This document shows positions 51,285-61,224 of a stretch of 64,000 nucleotides of DNA, in pieces. The stretch is from positions 3,456,001-3,520,000 of the forward strand of contig OY729428.2 in NCBI GenBank assembly GCA_963422375.2. Reading direction: 5' to 3'. Made by a program: the position numbers and the translations under genes. The notes beneath the pieces are model-generated. The model did not search any database and had not been told where the DNA came from. It saw only the letters and a program-made list of their open reading frames with translations. Within the stretch, counting starts at the first letter, position 1; every line of letters begins with the position of its first letter. Source of the stretch: Bryobacterales bacterium. GTDB taxonomy: Bacteria; Acidobacteriota; Terriglobia; Bryobacterales; UBA6623.

Positions 51285-53942
51285 ATGTCGCAGACGGGCC
51301 CCGAAGAACGCGGTCATCGCGCCGCCCCGCTCCCAACCGGACCGGATGCTCCGGAATCCGGCGCGGCGGAGGACTCCGGCCCGCCGACAGACGCCTACCG
51401 GCGCGGGCCGTACCTGCCCCCCGGCACGGTACTGAACCGGGCGTACGCCACTCGGTCCGTAGTGGGACAGGGTGGCTTCGGCGTCGTCTACGAAGCCACG
51501 CACTTGCAGCTGGAGCATCCGGTAGCGATCAAGGAGTACTTCCCGGAGGAATTCTGCGTCCGCGTGGGCGATGCCGTCCATGCCAAGAGCACGGTTGCCA
51601 AGGCTTGTTTCGACGACGGCATGAAGCGCTTCCGCGAGGAAGCGAAACGCCTGATCGAACTCAGGGGCTCGCCCAACGTCGTGGCGTATCGAGAGTTCTT
51701 CCTTGAGAACGGCACAGCCTACATCGTCATGGACTTCGAGGACGGCATGCCGCTGTCGGAACTTCTCGCGAGGCGGGAGGCGGCGGGCCGGGGATTCGAG
51801 GAGCGCGACCTAGTCGCGGTCATGGTTCCCGTGCTGAGAGGCCTGCAGAGGCTACACCAAGCCGGCATTTTCCACCGCGATGTCAAGCCCGGGAACATCC
51901 TGATCCGACGCAGAACCGAGCAGGCCGAGGAGGTTCCTGTCCTGATCGATTTCGGCGCGGCGAAGCAAGCGTTCGCCGAGCACTCCAGGACGAACGCACC
52001 GCACACCCCCGGGTACGCGGCCCTCGAGCAGGTCGGGGAAGGGGATCTCGGACCTTGGACAGACGTGTACGCGGCGGGGGCCGTCATGTGGCGAATGGTC
52101 GCTTGCGGGAGCTCCGCAAGCGGCTCCGATGGTCCCGTGCGTGTGGAGAGCCGGGTGATGGCGAGGTTGCGCGGGCGACCCGATCCGATGCCTAGGGCAG
52201 TCGAACTCGGGCGAGGGCGATTCTCTCCGAGACTTCTCGAATTGATTGAACAGTGCTTGGAGTTGAGGGAGTCCGACCGCGTAAAAGATTGCACTAAAGT
52301 CCTGCAAGTGCTCCAATCTATTCACAGAAATAGAGGTCCAGATTCCGGTTTAATAGATCTGAATATTCGTAACGATTGGACTGCTAAATCGGCAGTCTAC
52401 AATATGGATATGGACACCAAGTCAAGCGGAATATGGCGGTCAAAAATAATGGCATTAGCGCTTGTATTTGCAGTGATAGGATGCGTAGAATCAGCGGTTA
52501 TAATCAAGAATTCATGGCACGACTCGACCCGGACTGAGGCAGCCGACTCGACACCTTCCACGGTGGGGAGCGGAAACAAAGCAACGGACCTGCCGACTTC
52601 CTTGCCAGCGAAGTCCCAGGGAAAATCCTCGTCTGCGCCGAGCATCCCAAGCTTTAGAGTCGAAGTCGAACCTTCGGATGCCGCTGTGTTCTTCTCCAAC
52701 GAGGCTCAACCGTACACGGCGGGAATACCTCTGGCCCTAGGGACGTACGAGCTCGATTTCCGAGCCGTCGGGCACCAGCCTCTGAGTACGTCAATCCAGC
52801 ACGACGGGTCGGGCACGGTGCCGAGAGTCGCATTGCAGTCTCTGGAAGTGCCGCCGCTCACGCCAAGGGCTCGGAGCCCCTTCAAGCCGACTGTTCAGCC
52901 TCGCCCCGCAGAGGCCGCGCAGCGGCCGAAGCCCGGACAGGATCCCGAGCAGTCCAGACCGGCTTCCACGGACATACTCGGCACCGGCCCATCCAATGCG
53001 TCGACAGCTCCGAACACGCAGGCGATTCATGCCGGGCCAAGCCCGTCCGCTCTCCCGCCCGAGGTCGATCCGGCACCTGCCGCGCACGTCGTGCCGCCGA
53101 CCGTCGCCGAGCCGGACCTCGGCGAACTGGCGAAGGACGCATGGCAAGAAGCGAGGGATTCAGACAGCCCGGAAGTCCTGGGAGCTTTCATTGACACATT
53201 CGATGGCAGGCGAGGTGCCAGTCTCTGGGTCACACTGGCAAAGGACCGCCTAGCTAAGCTGCCGGCGTCGCCGGTGGCTCCGACGAACGCGCCGGTGCCC
53301 CCGAAGCAGCCGATTCGCATCGGAGGGAACATCGCAAGGGCCCGACTCACGCACCAGATCCGGCCGCGCTATCCTCCGCACGCCCGGCAGGCTCGTGTCG
53401 AAGGCACAGTCAAACTGTCGGCAATCATTGCACGGGACGGGACGGTCCAGAGTCCTCAAGCTACCTCCGGCCACCCGCTCTTGATCCCAGCGGCGTTGGC
53501 CGCCGTCAAGCAGTGGCGCTATCGGCCGACCCTGCTGAACGGAGTGCCCGTCGAGGTTCTCACAAGCATCGAATTGAATTTCACGTTGGGGGACAGGCCT
53601 GATACAACGACCCCGGACAAGAGGCAGTCTCCAAGTCCAAGGCCCGCTCCGAGGCTCGATCAGCCCAAGCGAGACTTCACCAAGCCGCAGCTAGCGGTTC
53701 AGGTCAAACCGTCGTACCCAATGACCGCTCGCCGGGCGCGAGTGGAGGGCACGGTTAGACTCCGCGTGACCATTGCAAAGGACGGAACAATCAAGGAGGC
53801 TAGGGCCATGTCAGGTCATCCTATTCTGGTGCAATCTGCGGTCAATGCAATGAAGAAATGGCGTTACTTTCCGACAATAAAAAACGGAATTTCCGTCGAT
53901 ATTGTCACGAATATAGACGTTAAATTCGAACTGAATCCATGA
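51285..53942 (+). CDS. Ser/Thr kinase with a TM helix, PEGA-like segment and two TonB C-terminal domains
   Basis: GQGGFGVVY, AIKE, HRDVKPGN, DFG and TPGYAALEQ; TM IMALALVFAVIG; two P.YP..AR.ARVEGTV...SGHP.L...A.K.WRY.P repeats; start inferred. Confidence 0.9.
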   Translation: MSQTGPEERGHRAAPLPTGPDAPESGAAEDSGPPTDAYRRGPYLPPGTVLNRAYATRSVVGQGGFGVVYEATHLQLEHPVAIKEYFPEEFCVRVGDAVHAKSTVAKACFDDGMKRFREEAKRLIELRGSPNVVAYREFFLENGTAYIVMDFEDGMPLSELLARREAAGRGFEERDLVAVMVPVLRGLQRLHQAGIFHRDVKPGNILIRRRTEQAEEVPVLIDFGAAKQAFAEHSRTNAPHTPGYAALEQVGEGDLGPWTDVYAAGAVMWRMVACGSSASGSDGPVRVESRVMARLRGRPDPMPRAVELGRGRFSPRLLELIEQCLELRESDRVKDCTKVLQVLQSIHRNRGPDSGLIDLNIRNDWTAKSAVYNMDMDTKSSGIWRSKIMALALVFAVIGCVESAVIIKNSWHDSTRTEAADSTPSTVGSGNKATDLPTSLPAKSQGKSSSAPSIPSFRVEVEPSDAAVFFSNEAQPYTAGIPLALGTYELDFRAVGHQPLSTSIQHDGSGTVPRVALQSLEVPPLTPRARSPFKPTVQPRPAEAAQRPKPGQDPEQSRPASTDILGTGPSNASTAPNTQAIHAGPSPSALPPEVDPAPAAHVVPPTVAEPDLGELAKDAWQEARDSDSPEVLGAFIDTFDGRRGASLWVTLAKDRLAKLPASPVAPTNAPVPPKQPIRIGGNIARARLTHQIRPRYPPHARQARVEGTVKLSAIIARDGTVQSPQATSGHPLLIPAALAAVKQWRYRPTLLNGVPVEVLTSIELNFTLGDRPDTTTPDKRQSPSPRPAPRLDQPKRDFTKPQLAVQVKPSYPMTARRARVEGTVRLRVTIAKDGTIKEARAMSGHPILVQSAVNAMKKWRYFPTIKNGISVDIVTNIDVKFELNP

Positions 53943-54090
53943 GATAGTCTCTTTCATATGCTTTATATAGTTCTTGTGACAGAACGCACAAGCCCTTAGT
54001 TTCCGGGCAGTTGCAGCAAGTCCGTGGGACGAAGATCGGGCCGATCCGGGTCGGCTTGCGCGTTTCCGGGGGTTGTGCGACAATCTTCGT

Positions 54091-54217
54091 CCTGATTACC
54101 CACAAGACTCAGCCAAGGTTAGGAGGCGGTAAGGCATGGGTGGGGTGCGCACGGAGGCGTGGAGCAGGCGGGGGACCAGCGCCTCCAGATCGTGGCGGCG
54201 TCTTGTGGGTAATCGGG
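54091..54217. mobile_element. 127-bp MITE-like derivative of the IS1595 at 56148-57180
   Basis: Starts CCTGATTACCCACAAGAC (as at 56148), carries the transposase 3' end (PRLLHASVRTPPMPYRLL) and ends in an inverted copy GTCTTGTGGGTAATCGGG. Confidence 0.75.
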
Positions 54218-54565
54218 AAGATTGCCGCGCTTTGGGCCCTCGCACAAGGGCGGCAGTTGCACGATGCCGAGGCCCTCGAGCGCCGCCAGCAGGCGCAGGG
54301 CCAGCTGGACGCGGCTGTTGCCCCCGGGCGTCTGCCAGCGTAACTGCTCGCGGATCGTATGGCGCAGCTCGGTGCGTCTGAGGGCCGGGAACGTCTCCAC
54401 GGTTTCCTAGACGCCGGCGATCTGCTTGCGCGTCAGGCGGCACCCGAAGAAGGTGGTCGACTGAGCTTCTCGATGCGTGGGTCCATGCGATCCTGCTGCC
54501 GGGCTCGGCCATAGAATAGGCTGGCGAACGGCTCCGAAGAAGTCAGGTCCGTGTCGAGAAATTGT
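54218..54565 (-). pseudogene. N-terminal remnant of a DUF4338-type (IS4-like) transposase
   Basis: QSTTFFGCRLTRKQIAGV*ETVETFPALRRTEL..TI.EQL.W.TP.G.....L.LL..LE.LG...LP. Confidence 0.6.
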
Positions 54566-54628
54566 GGGAATCTTATACCCGAGTTCCGAGGCAACCGATT
54601 TGGCAAATTATCAATCCATAAATGAATT

Positions 54629-56139
54629 GGGAATTATATATCTGAGTGCCGACAACGCCATATCCGACTAGAACTGCTGTGAGCAGGGAGGTGGGTGTCG
54701 AGCTGGGGTCATGCGAGTGCGGCCGCGGCGGGCACAGAGGGGGGGTGGGGGGTGGGATCGTATCTGAATCGAGCCTGCCAGCGGATTGGACGAGGAAGGG
54801 ACTAGAGAGGCCGCCTCGCATGCCCCGGTGAAACCCGGTTGGCGGTGGCAGGGCACCCCTTGCAAGCCGCTTGCAGGCCCTGCGAGGGCCGAAGACAGCG
54901 GATCCCCGGCGCTCGACGGCCTGCATGGACGGTCCGGGCCGGACCGGGGTCGCGCCGGGGCATTCCGGATCCGGTGCGACCCTCGTACCGAGCGTGCAGC
55001 GCGCGCCCGCAGCGGGCTGCCGCGCTCGGCGCGGCGGGCGCCGCTCAGGCCGCGACCGCGGCCTTGCCGGTCAGCTGCCGGTAGGTCAGCGTCCGGCCGA
55101 CCAAGCCCCGCGCCATGCGCCGCATCCGTTCCGCCGTGTCGCAGTCGCGGTCGTTGCGCCGTCCCGCGAACTCCGTGAGGTAGCGGCCGAGATGACGGAC
55201 GCTCATCCGGTGATAGGTTCCGTACAGGCCGCGCTCGAACAGGGACCGGAACGACTCGATGCCGTTCGTATGCGCTGCCCCGCGCACGTACTCGCCGCCG
55301 GAGTGCCTGACGGCTTCGTGCGCGAACTCCGCCATGCCGGCGCAGGCCGCCGCCTCGTCGGAGCGGACCTGCGCGCCCGGCGCGACCCGGCCGCGCACGA
55401 AGCCCTGCAGGTCGCCCTTGGCGGTGGCCGGCAGCGGCCGCGCAGCCACTGCGTTCGTGGCGCGGTCCCGCGCCCCCGCCACGGGCGTCTTGCCGACGGG
55501 CCCGCGCCCGGCGCGGGCCTTCTTCCTCTCGTGCTTGTTGCGTTCCTTGCCGCCGACGCAGGTCTCGTCCACCTCCACCGGGCCGGCGAACAGGCCCTGA
55601 TCCCGCTCCCGGCACGCGCGGATGCGGTGCGCCAGGTGCCAGGCCGACTTCCGGCTGATGCCCGGGTCGCGGTGCAGCTTCATGCTCGAGACGCCCTTGA
55701 TGCCGGTGGTCGGCAGGAACAGGGCGACGGCCCGGGTGCGGTAGCCGAGCTTGGTGTCGGCCATCACGCTGCCGGTGCGCACCGAAAAGCGCTTGCCGCA
55801 GCCGCGGCAACGGTACGGCATCGAAGGGTGGGCCGCGTCGGACTGCACGCTGGAGCCGCGGCAGCGGGGGCACGCGGGACCGTCCGGCCAGCGCATGGAG
55901 GCGAACCACTTTTCCGCGGATTCGTCATCGGGGAACATGGCGATCACTTCGATCAATGTGATGCCTTTACGGAACCACTTTCCGGGACCTGATTTCTTCA
56001 TTTACGGTATCCCCTACTGGAACTATTCTACCAAGAAATACCACAGAATTTCAACGGAAAATCGGAAGAAATATGAAATCTTATAATGGCTTGATAATTT
56101 GCCGACTTGATTCCCTCGGCACTCAGATATATAATTCCC
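54629..56139 (-). mobile_element. IS1595-family element; transposase at 55045-56001
   Basis: Perfect IR GGGAATTATATATCTGAGTGCCGA; 8-bp TSD AATGAATT (54621-54628, 56140-56147); zinc ribbon, EVDET, SDE and HTNGIES. Confidence 0.93.
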
Positions 56140-56147
56140 AATGAATT

Positions 56148-57180
56148 CCTGATTACCCACAAGACTCAGCCAAGGTTAGGAGACGGTAAGGCATGGGCGG
56201 GGTGCGCACGGAGGCGTGGAGCAGGCGGGGGATCAGCACCGCCAGATCGTAGCGGCGGTTGAAGCGGTAGCAGAACTCGGCGAGGTAGCGCGGCAGGTGC
56301 TTGCCGTCGAGTGCATGGCAGGTTCCCGCCAGGGACTGCTTGACGTTCGCCAGCATCGTGTTGACCCGGACGAAGCGGGAATCCCCGCAGCTCCGCTGCC
56401 CACCTGCGGTGACGGTCGGCACGTGCTCGCAGCCGGCGTCGGCCACGCCCCGCAAGCAGGCCAAGCCGTCGGAATGCACCTCCGTGCCGGGCTGCAGGTG
56501 CCGCCCGGCCCATGCTGCCAGCGTCTTCTTGCGGAAGCCCGCCACGCTGCTCAGGCGCATCCTTGCCGGCTGGCCGGCGGCGCTGACCTGCACGGCGGCC
56601 ACGAACGGCGTCTTGCCCGCCGCGCCGCGCCCGCGCTTGTCGCCGCTCCGCTCCCCGCCCCGGTAGGCGTCGTCCACCTGCACGATGCCGCCCGGCGGCA
56701 CGCGCTCGTCGCGCTCCTTCATCACTTGCAGGAGCTTGTGCTTCATCTTCCAAGCCGTGTTCCGGCTCACGCCCAGCTGCCGCGCCAGTTCCAGCGACGA
56801 AACGCCGTGCTAGCCCTGCGTCAGCAGGTGGAGCGCCAGGAACCAGACGGTCAGCGGCAGCTTGGTGGCGGCCAAGATCGTGCCGGCGACGAGGGAGGTC
56901 CGGCGGTGGCAGGCGTTGCACTGCCAGAGCTTGCGGGAGCGGATGCGGCAGTGCCGGCGGGAGCCGCACTCCGGGCAGCGGAAGCCGTCCGGCCAGCGGG
57001 CGTTGCAGACGGCCTGCTCGCATGGCCCCTCGCTGCCGTAGCGCTGCAGGAACTTGCCCAGGCTGAGTCCCTTCTGGAATTGCACGCGATTGCGTTTCAT
57101 CTGCTATCCCCTTTCCTAGCAGAGATTTCCGACCTCCTTCAGTATAGCATATCCTCGGCTGACGTTCGTTGGTAATCAGG
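56148..57180 (-). mobile_element. IS1595-family element of a different subgroup; transposase 57100 to 56153 with a premature stop
   Basis: IR CCTGATTACC; TSD AATGAATT (56140-56147, 57181-57188); NRVQFQKGLS, RWPDGFRCP, QVDDAY, HSDG and YLAEFCYRFNRR; stop at 56810-56812. Confidence 0.93.
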
Positions 57181-58488
57181 AATGAATTTGATATTTATTC
57201 CGGAGATCTGTTGACAGTCAGTGGATATTCTTGATGGAATAGTTCCAATATAGGAGGTCTTCGTTGAAGACTTCGAAGCAGAACGGTCCCGGGAAGTGGT
57301 TTCGTAAAGGCATCACCTTGATCGCAGTGATTGCCATGTTCCCCGATGACGAATTCGCGGAAGAGTGGTCCGCCTCTATGCGCTGGCCGGACGGTCCGGC
57401 ATGCCCCCGCTGCCGCGGCTCCAGCGTGCAGTCCGGCGCGGCCCACCCTTCGATGCCGTACCGTTGCCGCGGTTGCGGCAAGCGCTTTTCCGTGCGCACC
57501 GGCAGCGTGATGGCCGACACCAAGCTCGGCTACCGCGTCCGGGCCGTCGCCATGGTCCTGCTGACCGCCGGCCTCAAGGGCGTCTCCGGCATGAAGCTCC
57601 ACCGCGACCCGGGCATCAGCCGGAAGTCGGCCCGGTGGAAGTGGACGAGACCTACGTCGGCGGCAAGGAGCGCGACAAGCACGAGAGCAAGAAGGGCCGG
57701 GCGCGGGCCGGCCGGCAAGACCCCCGTGGCGGGTGCGCGGGACCGCGCCACGAACGAAGTGGCCGCCCGGCCGCTGCCGGGCACGACCGAGGGCGACCTG
57801 CAGGGCTTCGTGCGCAGCCGGGTCGCGCCGGGCGCGCAAGTCCGCTCCGACGAGGCGGCGGCATACGCCGGCATGGCGGAGTTCCCGCGCGAGGGCGTCA
57901 AGCACTCCGGCGGCGAGTACGTGCGGGGGACCGCGCATACGAACGGCATCGAGTCATCTTGGTCCCTGTTCAAGCGCGGCCTCTACGAAACCTATCACCG
58001 GATGAGCGTCCGTCACTTGGGCCGCTACCTCGCGGAGTTCGCGGGACAGCGAAACGCCCCCAACTGCGACACGGCGGAACGGATGCGGCGCAAGGCGCGG
58101 GGCTTGCTCGGCAAGACGCTGACCTACCGGCAACTGGTCGGCAAGGCCGCGGTCGCGGCCTGAGCACGGCCTTGCCGGTCCGCTGCGGCCTCTCTTCACG
58201 CTCAGCGCGAAGGGCGCTCCGGATCCGGAATCCCGCGCCGCGACCGCAGTCCAGCCCGGACAATTCCTACAGGCAGCCGGCCTGGAAGGGGAGCCTCTCC
58301 ACGGCAAACCGGGTTCCACCGGGGCGTCCGAGGCGGCCCCTCTAGTCCGTGCGCCTAGCCGGATATGGCGTCGTCGGCAATCAGATACATAATTCCCCTA
58401 GGAAACTGGTGCCCTAGCCCGCTCCATCCGCATCCCGGCGGTCTACCGCCCCGGGGATGCCGCGACGCTTCCCGTCGGGCGGCTCGGC

Positions 58489-59829
58489 CTACGGAGCAAG
58501 CGTGCAGGCGGCGCTCGGCTGGCTCGCAAGGACTCTGCTTCCCGGCACTCCGCCGTACGACAGTGGCTGCGGCACGCTCGCGAACTCGCCCACCGCCTTG
58601 AACAGCGGTCGGAAGTCCCGGTCCAAGTTGCCAATGAGACAGTCCGTCACGTCCCCGCGCAGATCCGGGTAGCGCCTCAGAAGGGCCCCGAAACTGAACG
58701 TCTCGTCGTAGAAGGCGTAGACCAGCTTGCGCATCGCCTCGATCCCCCTGCAGAGATCCGCGCCGTACTCCTTGAACCGGGACGCGCTAACGTCGCCCGC
58801 ACGGAGAGCCGCGTCGGCGGCGTGGGCGGCCCGCTCGCCGCCGAGCAGAGCAAGCAGGACGCCGGACGAGAAGACGGGGTCGAGGAAAGTGAAGGCGTCC
58901 CCCGCCAGCACGAGCCCGTGCCCTGCGCAGTAGCGCGACCGGTACGAGTACTCGGCCGTCACGCGGATCGGCTCGCAGCGATTCCCTTGCGCGAGGTGCT
59001 CCTTGATCCACTCGTTCGCCTGAATCTCGCGGCACCAGACCCGCTCCAAGTCCTTGCCCTCGCGGTACAGGTAGTCGCGTTCGGCAACCACGCCGACGCT
59101 GACCAAGTTGTCAGGGAGCGGGATGTACCAGAACCAGCCCTTCTCCGGCAGGTAGGCGACCGTAGTCGCACCCTCCCTGAGCCCCTCGTCCCGCATCGCT
59201 CCGTGGTAGTAAGTCCAGATGGCGACCTTGTTCAGCTCCGGGTCGGGCACGATCCAGCCCAGCTGCGTCGCGGCGAATCCGTGGCGGCCACCGCAGTCGA
59301 TGGTGACGGGCGCCCGCAAGGGGAAGGCTTCGCCGTCACGCTCGACCAGAAGGCCCTCGCACGCGTCACCGTTCATAAGGAGCCGCCTGGCCTTGGCCCC
59401 CATCATGGTGCGCGCGCCCTTCCTGACGGCGTTCTCGAGCATCATTCGGTCGAACTCGCTGCGCACCACTTGCCACGTCTGCGAGGCGGGATGGTCGAAG
59501 TGCTGGTGGAAATAGAAGGGCGCCGAAACCCTGCCGTCGATCAGCACGAACTGCACGCTGTACTTCTTCACGAAGCTCGAGGCGCGCAGCTTCTCGATCA
59601 TCCCGATGCGCTCCAAGGGGAAGTAACAGTAGGGCAGCAGAGACTCGCCGACCTTGTAGCGCGGAAAGCGCTCGCGCTCGACGACCAGTACCCGCCTGCC
59701 CTTGTCCGCCAGCACGGCCGCCGCCGTGGCACCGGCCGGGCCGCCGCCGAGGATCAGGACGTCGCAATCCGCCGGGGAGGATCGAGCTCCGCGCTCTCCC
59801 GCCGCCCCTTCGGCGCTGCCGTCACGCAT
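58489..59829 (-). CDS. Flavin-dependent halogenase-like FAD oxidoreductase
   Basis: GGGPAG, FPRYKVGESL, VKKY (candidate catalytic Lys), GWFWYIP (WxWxIP) and GDAFTFLDPVFSSG. Confidence 0.87.
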   Translation of the reverse strand: MRDGSAEGAAGERGARSSPADCDVLILGGGPAGATAAAVLADKGRRVLVVERERFPRYKVGESLLPYCYFPLERIGMIEKLRASSFVKKYSVQFVLIDGRVSAPFYFHQHFDHPASQTWQVVRSEFDRMMLENAVRKGARTMMGAKARRLLMNGDACEGLLVERDGEAFPLRAPVTIDCGGRHGFAATQLGWIVPDPELNKVAIWTYYHGAMRDEGLREGATTVAYLPEKGWFWYIPLPDNLVSVGVVAERDYLYREGKDLERVWCREIQANEWIKEHLAQGNRCEPIRVTAEYSYRSRYCAGHGLVLAGDAFTFLDPVFSSGVLLALLGGERAAHAADAALRAGDVSASRFKEYGADLCRGIEAMRKLVYAFYDETFSFGALLRRYPDLRGDVTDCLIGNLDRDFRPLFKAVGEFASVPQPLSYGGVPGSRVLASQPSAACTLAP

Positions 59830-61159
59830 ATCGGATGTTCGTGTGCTCGGGCAGGAAAAAGGCGTGCAGCAGGCGGTCGACCTGCAGCAGGCCCTCGCGG
59901 GTGAGGTCTATGCGGTCGCTGTCGAAATCGAGCATGCCGTGCCTTTGGAACAGCGCCAGTTCCTCGCCCCAGCGCTCGGTCACGTTCACGCCGAAGCGCT
60001 CCGAGAACTGTCGCGTGTCGAGGTGCCCGAGCTTCAATTTCAGAACGAACTGCCGGATCATCGCCTCCTGCGCGGTGACCGGCAGGGCCCGCGAAACCGG
60101 CAGCGCACCCGACGCGAGCCTGTCCAGATAAGGCTGCATGTGAGGCTCGTTCTGGTAGTGAACGCCATCTAGGTAGCCGAAGGCGGAAACGCCCAGCGCC
60201 AGCATGTCCGCTCCGTCCCACAGCTTGTCGCGATACACTAAGCGGATCGTCGACGAGTCGCGCACCGCGGTATAGGCGCTGCCTACCGCATAGCCTTGCG
60301 CCTCCAGCGCGTCGAACGCCTCGCGCGTCCAGCGCCGCTTGGTCGGCCAGTCGGCCACGGGCGCGGCCGCCGCGCCCCGCTCCCGCATGCCCTTGTAGAT
60401 GGTGGTGTTCAAGGGGATCTCCATCTGATAGACGGTGACCGCGTCCGGCGCGAGGCGCACCGTCTCCCCGACCGTGCGCGCCCACTTGGCGTCCGTCTCG
60501 CCCACCATGCCGGCGATCAGGTCGAGATTGACCTGATCGAACCCGGTCCGACGCAGCCAGTCCCAGGCGCGATAGATCTCCATGGAGCGATGCGCCCTGT
60601 TGTTCGCCGCCAGGATTTCGTCGTCGAAGTTCTCCACCCCAAGGCTGAGCCGGTTCACTCCGAAGCTGCGGATCGTCCGCAGCTTGCGCTCGGTCAGCGT
60701 CCCCGGCTCGCACTCGAAAGCCACTTCGCTGGGCTCGTGCCATGGCAGAGCCGCGCGCAGCCCTTCCATCAGCCGCGAGAGCTGCTTGCCGGAAAGGTAC
60801 GACGGCGTGCCTCCGCCGAAATAGATGAAATCGAGCTGCCGCCCAGATAGGAAAGGCTGGCGGGCAGCCAGCCGCGCCTCCCGCAGCAGCGCGTCCAAGT
60901 AAGCCTCGATCTCCGCGTGGTTCTTGTCCGTATAGACGCGGAAGTAGCAGAAATCGCAGCGCTTGCGACAAAACGGCAGGTGGATGTACAGGCCGAGCGG
61001 CGTCTCGGGCCGCCCAGGCCGCCCGAGCCGCTCCACGGCGCTGGAGGTCTTCTCCCGCCGCCAGACCGAGAACGGCGGGTAGTTGGAGACGAAGTAGTTC
61101 CCTGCCTGCGTGAGGTCCTGGCCGGACAGCACCGCCAGCGAATCAGATGCCTGTGCCAT
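59822..61159 (-). CDS. HemN-like (class C) radical SAM enzyme
   Basis: YFVSNYPP, LYIHLPFCRKRCDFCYF (CxxxCxxC), YFGGGTPS, RLSLGVE and NLDLIAG; overlaps the halogenase start by 8 bp. Confidence 0.92.
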   Translation of the reverse strand: MAQASDSLAVLSGQDLTQAGNYFVSNYPPFSVWRREKTSSAVERLGRPGRPETPLGLYIHLPFCRKRCDFCYFRVYTDKNHAEIEAYLDALLREARLAARQPFLSGRQLDFIYFGGGTPSYLSGKQLSRLMEGLRAALPWHEPSEVAFECEPGTLTERKLRTIRSFGVNRLSLGVENFDDEILAANNRAHRSMEIYRAWDWLRRTGFDQVNLDLIAGMVGETDAKWARTVGETVRLAPDAVTVYQMEIPLNTTIYKGMRERGAAAAPVADWPTKRRWTREAFDALEAQGYAVGSAYTAVRDSSTIRLVYRDKLWDGADMLALGVSAFGYLDGVHYQNEPHMQPYLDRLASGALPVSRALPVTAQEAMIRQFVLKLKLGHLDTRQFSERFGVNVTERWGEELALFQRHGMLDFDSDRIDLTREGLLQVDRLLHAFFLPEHTNIRYA

Positions 61160-61224
61160 GCGCGAGAGTGCCCGACTGGGATCCCACCCTATTCTGACAC
61201 GCCATCCAGACTTGGACGGGACGG

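Larger units (their letters stand above)
54566..58397 (+). mobile_element. IS1595-family host element, interrupted by two insertions; transposase pseudogene at 57264-58163
   Basis: Ends GGGAATCTTATACCCGAGTTCCGA and TCGGCAATCAGATACATAATTCCC; 54566-54628 joined to 57189 onward aligns with the leader of the 54629-56139 element; deletion frameshift near 57633. Confidence 0.88.
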
